Positions 60,401 to 64,000 of a stretch of 64,000 nt of DNA are shown here, piece by piece. Location: positions 4,195-68,194 of the forward strand of contig JAJEHN010000015.1 of assembly GCA_022823665.1 (NCBI GenBank). Direction: 5' to 3'. Source of the stretch: Thermoanaerobaculia bacterium. GTDB lineage: Bacteria; Acidobacteriota; Thermoanaerobaculia; Multivoradales; Multivoraceae. The position numbers and the translations under genes were made by a program. The first letter of the stretch is position 1. Each line of letters starts with the position of its first letter. The notes beneath the pieces are model-generated. The model did not search any database. It had not been told where the DNA came from and saw nothing but the letters and a program-made list of their open reading frames with translations.

Positions 60401-63400
60401 GTGTCGACGGAGATCGTCGCCGTGCCGGTCGTCGTCGAGGTGTTCGTGTTGCCGCCGATCGTCACGCTCCCCGGCGTGCCGTCCGCCGTGCCCGTGTAGT
60501 CGACGCCGCTCTCCGCCGTGCCGTCCGCCGTCTCGTAGCTCAGCGTCAGGTCCGCCGCCCCGGAAGAGCCCAACACGGGGAACGTGTCGTGCGTCACGGT
60601 GAACTCCACGGCCGAACCCTCCGTCGCCGAGGCGTCCTCGACGCTGGCGCAGGAGGCCACCGCGAGCGTTGACGGGTTGGCCGTGCGTTTCGTCTCCAGC
60701 GCCGACGGCAGGGTCCCCGTCAGGCCGTTGCCGCAGAGCGAGAGCTGCGTCAACGCGGTCAGGCCGCCGAGTTGCGACGGAATCGCGTTCGCCAGGTCGT
60801 TGCCGGCCAGGTGCAGTTCCTGGAGGCTGGTCGGCAGGGTGGTCGGAACGGAACCGGTCAGGCCGTTGCTCCGCAGATGCAGATGCGTCAGCGACGTCCG
60901 GGTGCTGAGATCGGGAATCCCGCCCGACAGCTCGTTCCGGCCGAGGACGAGACGTTGGATGCCGGCCGGAAGCTCCGCCGCCGCCGGCACGTTCCCGGTC
61001 AGGGCGTTTCCGCTCAGGTAGAGCCAGTCGAGGGACGCGATCGAACTGAGGTCGGGGATCGCGCCGTCGAGATCGTTGTCGCTGAGCACGAGCCGCAGAA
61101 CGTTCGGCGGGAGCTCCGCCGCGGCCGGCAGCGAACCGGTCAGCCCGTTGCCGAACAGGTAGACGTAGATCAGCGACGCCAGGCTGCTCAGGTCGGGGAT
61201 CGAGCCCGTGAGCCCGTTGTTGTGGAGGAGAAGGACCCTCAGGCCGGCCGGCAGCGACGAAGCCGCCGGAAGCGACCCGGTCAGCGCGTTCCCGTCCAGG
61301 CGGATGTCCGTCAACTCGGTCAGCGTGCTCAGATCCGGGAAGGACGTCCCGTCCAGCGCGTTGTCGCGGATCCAGAGCTGCTTGAGTCCCGTCGGCAGCC
61401 TGTCGGCGCCCGGAACGCCGCCGCTGAACCCGTTCTCGTTCAGGTGCAGGTGGTCGAGGGCCGTGACACCGCGCAGGTCGGGGATCGACCCGCTCAGGTC
61501 GTTGCCGATCAGCCGGAGGAACTGCACGCTGGCGGGAAGCGCGGGAATGCCCCCGGTCAGCTCGTTGTCCGTCAGGTCCACCTGGAACAGCCTCGTCAGG
61601 CCGCTCAGGTCGGGGATGCCGCCTGACAGTCGATTGGTCGGGAGATTGAGAAAGCGGAGCCCCGTCGGCAGGGCGGGAACGCGGCCTGTCAGGTCGTTGC
61701 TCGACAGGGTGAGTTCCTCGAGATTCGAGAGGCCGCTCAGGTCGGGAATGGAACCGGCGAGCGCGTTCCCCTTGAGATCGAGATTCACCAGGCTGGCGGG
61801 CAGAGCCGGGACGCCGCCGGTCAGGCCGTGGCCCGTGATCCGGAGGAACTTCAGCGCGCTCAGGCCGGTGAAGCTCGTCGGCATTGCGCCGTCGAAACCA
61901 TGCGGAACCGACGGGAGCACGAGCGAGGTGACCCGGCCGTCCGGGAAGTCGATGCCGTCCCAGTCCGCCATGCTGACGCCGGACGACCAGTTCAGCGCCT
62001 GAGCCGGCGAATCGCCCTCCAGCGTGTCCTTGATATCCAGCAGGAAGGCGCAGTCGGCCGCCAGCAGGGCGGCCGTCGCGGCGTCGGGCGCGTTCGTCGC
62101 CGTCACGGCCACGGAAGCAGCCGTGCACGACGCGGGTATCTCGTCGTCTTCGATCGTGATCTGCCCGCTGCCGCTGCCGGTCGCGCCGCCGCCGAGGCCG
62201 GTGGCGGTCAGCGTGCCGGTGGAGACGGTCGTCACCAGGTCGATCGCGTCGACGTCGTCCTCGGGGGTCAGGGTCAGGTCGGCGACCGTCGCGCTCGCGC
62301 CCGTCCGCGGGCCGGTGAAGGTCACCGTGGGAGAGGAGAACGTGACGCCCGTCGGAGTGCCCGACAGCGCCAGGGTGAAGTCCGTCCCCGGCGTGCCGGC
62401 CGAGAACGCAAGCGGCACGGCGAGCACCTCGCCGTCGACGAGGCCGCGGCCAAGCGTCAGCCGAATGCCCGCCGTCGTAGGCGACGTGCCTTCCTCCGCC
62501 GTAGCATCCGTGACGGAGAGCGTGACTGTCGTCGGCGTGTTGTCCGTGATCGTGATGGCCACCTGGGTCGTCGCGCCGGGGTCGTGGCCCGTCACCGTGC
62601 CGAGCTCGAGGCCCAGCGTCTCGTCCTGCTCGTCCAGCGTGTCCGTCACGGCCGTGAGCGTCGTCGTGCCGGTCGTGCTGCCGGAGGCGATCGTGATGGA
62701 CGTTGGCGACAGCGAGTAGTCCGCGGCCACGGCCGTGGAGCTCCCCGCCACCCGCTGGATCGGCACGGTGAGATTCGCGGACGGCGCGGCACTCACCGTA
62801 GCGGTCAACGTCAGCGTACCGCCCTCCGCGACCGCGCCCACGCCCGACACGGACAGCTCGACCGTCGGATTCACCGTGCCGGTGAACGTGGCGGACCAGA
62901 GGCCGGCGCCTTTCGAGTTGACCGCGCGAACCTGCACATCGTACTGGACTCCGACCGCCAAACCGGTCAAGGTGTGACTCAGAGTGCCGGCGTTCTCGTT
63001 GCCCGTCGTGACCGTCCAGTGCTGATCGCCCTTGTCGCTCGCGTCACTACGGATGCGCCGCAAGTCATAGCTCGTGACCGCGTCGGCGCCAATGTTGGAC
63101 GGAGCGTCCCAGGACACCGTCAACGACCCCTGGGAACCCGCCACTGCCGTGATCGCCGGCGCACCGGGAGTCGCGCGATGTCCATGGAAGACAAGCCCCC
63201 AGGACGTCAAGCTGCCGACCCTGCCGCCGGAGACTTCGTCGGTGAGTCGCAGCGTCCAGGTTCCGGCGGGGTTCTCCCCCAGATGCGCGGCGGAACCGAA
63301 ACGGAAGGCGCCCGTCAGAGGGTAGCGGTCGCCATCCGGGTCCGTGTAGGGCGGGCTCAGCGTCGAAACCGTCCCGGCCGGTGAGACAAGTTCCAGGCGG

Positions 63401-64000
63401 ATATCCCGAAAACTCGGCGCCTGGAAAACCGTGTTCACTTCAACGAACTCGACGAACTCAACCTCCCCGCCCACCGTCACCGCGCTCGTTACCCGCGAGC
63501 TGTCGTCCGGGATCGATACGGCGGTCGTGTTCGATACCTGCGCGGTTTGAACGAACTGCGGCAGCTTGGTCCACCCCGAGACGAGGTCCACCGCCGCCTT
63601 GGCGTCCAGGACGCCAAACCCGTACTTGTGGTTGAAGTCGTAGCGTTCGCTTGTCGAGCCGTACTTGAGCGCGCCGGTGTTCCAGCCGCCGTCCGAGGCA
63701 TGGTTCTTCCGAGCCGAGGCCGCCAGAATCAGCTTCACGTCCCGCCAGGTCAACGTGGAGTCGACGCCCCGCACCAGCGCCGCGACTCCCGCGACCTGTG
63801 GAGTCGCGGTGGAAGTGCCGTTGAAGTCGTCTCTGTAGCGACCGTAGTTCTCGGTGGTCAGGATACCGCCTCGCCGGCCGAGATACCCATAGCCGCATAC
63901 CCATAGGTTGGCCCCCTCCTCCGAGATCTCCGCCTTCTCGCTCTCGGCATCCAGCACACAGGCCGCGGTGACGCCGTAGTAGTTCGCGTACTCCTCCAGG
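54475..64000 (-). CDS. Giant secreted/surface multidomain protein, N-terminus truncated by the window edge: subtilisin/kexin S8 + P-domain + FN3 + LRR + tandem Calx-beta + cadherin-like + PKD + unknown C-terminal domain
   Basis: >3160 aa. Residues 1-130 are the tail of an S8 peptidase (catalytic Ser box GTSTATPQVAG). Then a proprotein-convertase P-domain (...TWTLRLTDEVSGG...GLVFHGH) and an FN3. About 16 plant-type LRRs follow (LTGSIPDLSGL..L..L.L..N.LTG). At least 14 Calx-beta-like domains come next (VTEGGTLTLTATVS...DETL.LELG...ITITD). Then a poly-Pro linker (PPPPPPPPPDPPPPPPP), a cadherin-like segment, a PKD domain (WDTGDGG...YRVTLTV), and a roughly 160-aa C-terminal domain with 4 Cys. The frame stays open to position 64000. 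Confidence 0.85.
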   Translation of the reverse strand, partial: LEEYANYYGVTAACVLDAESEKAEISEEGANLWVCGYGYLGRRGGILTTENYGRYRDDFNGTSTATPQVAGVAALVRGVDSTLTWRDVKLILAASARKNHASDGGWNTGALKYGSTSERYDFNHKYGFGVLDAKAAVDLVSGWTKLPQFVQTAQVSNTTAVSIPDDSSRVTSAVTVGGEVEFVEFVEVNTVFQAPSFRDIRLELVSPAGTVSTLSPPYTDPDGDRYPLTGAFRFGSAAHLGENPAGTWTLRLTDEVSGGRVGSLTSWGLVFHGHRATPGAPAITAVAGSQGSLTVSWDAPSNIGADAVTSYDLRRIRSDASDKGDQHWTVTTGNENAGTLSHTLTGLAVGVQYDVQVRAVNSKGAGLWSATFTGTVNPTVELSVSGVGAVAEGGTLTLTATVSAAPSANLTVPIQRVAGSSTAVAADYSLSPTSITIASGSTTGTTTLTAVTDTLDEQDETLGLELGTVTGHDPGATTQVAITITDNTPTTVTLSVTDATAEEGTSPTTAGIRLTLGRGLVDGEVLAVPLAFSAGTPGTDFTLALSGTPTGVTFSSPTVTFTGPRTGASATVADLTLTPEDDVDAIDLVTTVSTGTLTATGLGGGATGSGSGQITIEDDEIPASCTAASVAVTATNAPDAATAALLAADCAFLLDIKDTLEGDSPAQALNWSSGVSMADWDGIDFPDGRVTSLVLPSVPHGFDGAMPTSFTGLSALKFLRITGHGLTGGVPALPASLVNLDLKGNALAGSIPDLSGLSNLEELTLSSNDLTGRVPALPTGLRFLNLPTNRLSGGIPDLSGLTRLFQVDLTDNELTGGIPALPASVQFLRLIGNDLSGSIPDLRGVTALDHLHLNENGFSGGVPGADRLPTGLKQLWIRDNALDGTSFPDLSTLTELTDIRLDGNALTGSLPAASSLPAGLRVLLLHNNGLTGSIPDLSSLASLIYVYLFGNGLTGSLPAAAELPPNVLRLVLSDNDLDGAIPDLSSIASLDWLYLSGNALTGNVPAAAELPAGIQRLVLGRNELSGGIPDLSTRTSLTHLHLRSNGLTGSVPTTLPTSLQELHLAGNDLANAIPSQLGGLTALTQLSLCGNGLTGTLPSALETKRTANPSTLAVASCASVEDASATEGSAVEFTVTHDTFPVLGSSGAADLTLSYETADGTAESGVDYTGTADGTPGSVTIGGNTNTSTTTGTATISVDTTHDTAIEGDEDFTVTLALPEGATGVFVTGAAATGTIEDDDMAANPKVSLSVSGSTVTEGSTLTVTATVDTAPSGTSLGIPVQRVAGSSQAVAADFTLAGTITIADGATMGTATLTARTDSDDERDETLRIGLGALPDGYDPGTPSHVDITITDNTATPVTLSVPDATASEDTAAATATIRLTLGRALIANEALAVPLQFSGGTVGTDFTLALSGTPSGVALAGGTLTFTGPSATAADVTLTPASDDDAEDRTVTVSIPSSSSGNAPILTATNLDGGASGSRTGNGRITITDDESKGLTFSTSTVNVTEGSSATYTVKLATRPTAAVTVTVSGHNGTDLSVDTDSTTQNDQSTLTFTTSNWNDAQTVTVSASTDNDADNEAPITLAHTASGGGYGSVSGDVTVNITDSDTPTVTLSVSDGGAVTEGGTLTLTATVTRAPSGADLAVPVQVVSADTTAGTGDYSLSGTPAGTITVADGARTGTITLTATQDTDDEPDETLRLELGTVTGYDHGSSSQVDIVITDDDATTVTLSTPDTTATEEDTAATARIQLTLGRGLESGEVLAVPLGFNGGTLDTDFTLALSGTPTGVALAGGTVTFTGPRTGATATVASILLTASPDDDAEDRTVTVSIPASSTGVAPILTATNLDGGATGSRTGAGQITISDDDTKALTFSSSTVNVTEGNSATYTVKLTSEPTSDVTVTVSGHGGTDLSVDTDSTTPNDQSTLTFTDTNWNSAQTVTVSASTDNDSDNEAPITLVHAASGGGYNGVSGSVTVNIIDSDNPTVELSVSGNGAVTEGGTLTVTASVSRAPSGNLAVPVQRVAENSSADASDYTLPAITISSGQTSGTSTFTATNDQADEPDETLRLELGTVSGYDHGTSHRVDIVITDDDPTTVALSVPDTTATEDSSSATATIRLTLGRGLVSGEALAVPLSFTGGTAGTDFTLGLSGSPAGVTFNAATGTVTFTGPQTGATATAANVTLTASSDDDADDRTVTVSIPPSSTGAAPILTATNLDGGATGSRTGAGEITITDDDTKRLVFSAATVGVTEGGSATYTVKLGTKPTNTVTVTVSGHLGTDLTVDTDSVTANDQNTLSFTTSTWNDAQTVTVTAKEDNDTANETAITLAHAASGGGYGSVSGNVTVNITDDDDPKVDLSVNNSGAVTESGTLTITATVSEAPSGRSLAIPVQRVAANSTAVAADYSLGGTPAGTITVADGATAGTITLTATNDSADEPDETLRLELGTLPSGYARGGTPHVDITITDNTPTPVTLSVPDAAATEGSSSATATIRLTLGRALVSGESLAVPLAFSGGARGTDFTLALSGTPAGVTFAGSTVTFTGASATAADVTLTASDDDDAEDRTVTVSTGTLTFTNLDGGATASRSGNGQITITDDETKRLVFSRTTVGVTEGGSANYTVRLGTSPTDTVTVTVSGHAGTDLIVDTDSGRDGAQTTISFTTSTWNDAQTVALTAQQDTDSANEDAITLAHAASGGGYGAVSGNVTVNITDDDPDPDEPTASFALAGASVGEGDGSRNVTVNLQPAAASPITLSYTLSGAAAPGVDYTVSGATGNSGTVTVAAGAASVDITVTIVDDQAVEGNENIVFTLVDGQGYAPGTPRVHRLLITDNDEAPPPPPPPPPDPPPPPPPQNMPPFFDPATPLELTIFEDTTGEFGSPVTAFDPDGDLLDYGLAGADSAPFTIGEFTAQLSVADDANLDASVKDSHLFLVVASDGLVFALRTVSVTVLEVPDPPEPPPPPSQPLKASFNIHDAECTEELCTTFTGNPVTFEDTSTGPVETLAWDTGDGGAYTAEIVTHAWVEPGFYRVTLTVAGGGETDQAHAGFLVRPDQPKGTCEPDRYTLCLQEERYAVEVTWRTRRDETGWGVVLQDRTDDSGMFWFFNADNWEILVKVLDGCHINEHRWVFAASTTDVEYEMTVTDTLGVDPPRTYRNTLGRVAPAISDTAAFPGACRP
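55900..60500. repeat. Tandem ~1.1-kb DNA repeats (about 4 copies), each encoding a triplet of Calx-beta domains inside the giant gene
   Basis: Plus-strand artefactual ORFs restart with near-identical peptides at 55940, 57047, 58133 and 59240 (spacing 1107/1086/1107 bp). The minus-strand protein shows near-identical blocks ...TVTLSVPD.TATE...TATIRLTLGR...TDFTLALSGTP.GV.... Confidence 0.8.

Noticed and set aside
55900-60500. Possible CRISPR array suggested by regular repeats
   Set aside because: The period is about 1.1 kb and the repeats are protein-coding domain repeats, not 25-40-bp direct repeats with unique spacers. No cas genes are present.
55930-63384. Plus-strand ORFs of 728, 497, 164, 236 and 518 aa, and the 1194-aa minus-strand alternate frame at 58544..62128
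   Set aside because: Antisense or alternate frames of the giant Calx-beta/LRR gene. Their apparent conservation between copies is an echo of the sense-strand tandem repeat.

Overview
This is about 64 kb of very high-GC (roughly 68-70%) bacterial chromosome. GC drops to roughly 55-62% in one 3.3-kb island. The organism is diderm: there is a classic outer-membrane beta-barrel, Sec/TAT signal peptides and lipoboxes. The gene content (hopanoid genes, a DUF1592/DUF1552 pair, an F420-type LLM oxidoreductase, a PQQ dehydrogenase, a giant Calx-beta/LRR surface protein) suggests an uncultured Acidobacteriota/Gemmatimonadota/Myxococcota-like lineage. That assignment is inference only.

Coding density is high. 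Most of the long ORFs in the six-frame track that overlap each other are GC-driven artefacts. I kept one call per locus, judged on motifs, signal peptides and translational coupling.

Main content, left to right:
- 1-7.7 kb: a minus-strand hopanoid (bacteriohopanepolyol) cluster shc-hpnH-hpnA-hpnG. An OmpA-like beta-barrel and a Gfo/Idh/MocA oxidoreductase sit immediately upstream of it, and a spondin-N protein downstream.
- 7.7-9.8 kb: a secreted PQQ quinoprotein dehydrogenase.
- 10.6-15.6 kb: enoyl-CoA hydratase, an orphan ccmC, an LLM (F420-type) oxidoreductase, a PAE/Notum-like esterase lipoprotein and an amidohydrolase.
- 15.7-22.4 kb: a seven-gene plus-strand operon, translationally coupled throughout. 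It encodes two tiny membrane proteins, a ferric-reductase-like bis-heme TM domain fused to a Rieske 2Fe-2S domain, a membrane-anchored hypothetical, OlsB, OlsA, and a 881-aa fusion of alpha/beta-hydrolase + DedA + ATP-grasp ligase. This is the most novel-looking system in the window, a candidate new aminolipid synthesis and modification pathway.
- 22.4-26.6 kb: phasin, a PhyH dioxygenase, an alpha/beta-hydrolase, an M20 amidohydrolase and a vapBC TA pair.
- 26.7-37.4 kb: leuS, a Cys-less (type B) L31, a DtxR-FeoA-FeoA fusion with feoB, a permease-HMA fusion, and pntAA-pntAB-pntB.
- 37.4-45.6 kb: a reduced-GC DNA-methyltransferase island (probable R-M system), then a hypothetical, a Uma2 nuclease, a DUF4143 AAA ATPase and a RES/Xre TA pair. 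Together these look like a defence/accessory patch.
- 45.6-54.5 kb: pfk, a DUF3311 + SSS symporter pair, an MBL hydrolase, an S10 carboxypeptidase and a DUF1592/DUF1552 pair.
- 54.5-64.0 kb: a truncated giant (>3160 aa) surface protein. It has a subtilisin/kexin S8 domain + P-domain, FN3, about 16 LRRs, at least 14 Calx-beta domains arranged as near-identical ~1.1-kb tandem DNA repeats, a poly-Pro linker, cadherin-like and PKD domains, and an unknown Cys-containing C-terminal domain.

A ~39-bp double-hairpin REP-like element occurs twice in opposite orientation.

Caveat on coordinates: they follow the supplied ORF track, with start sites adjusted by counting residues. My hand indexing of the printed sequence did not always agree with the track at single-nucleotide resolution, so I treated the track as authoritative.
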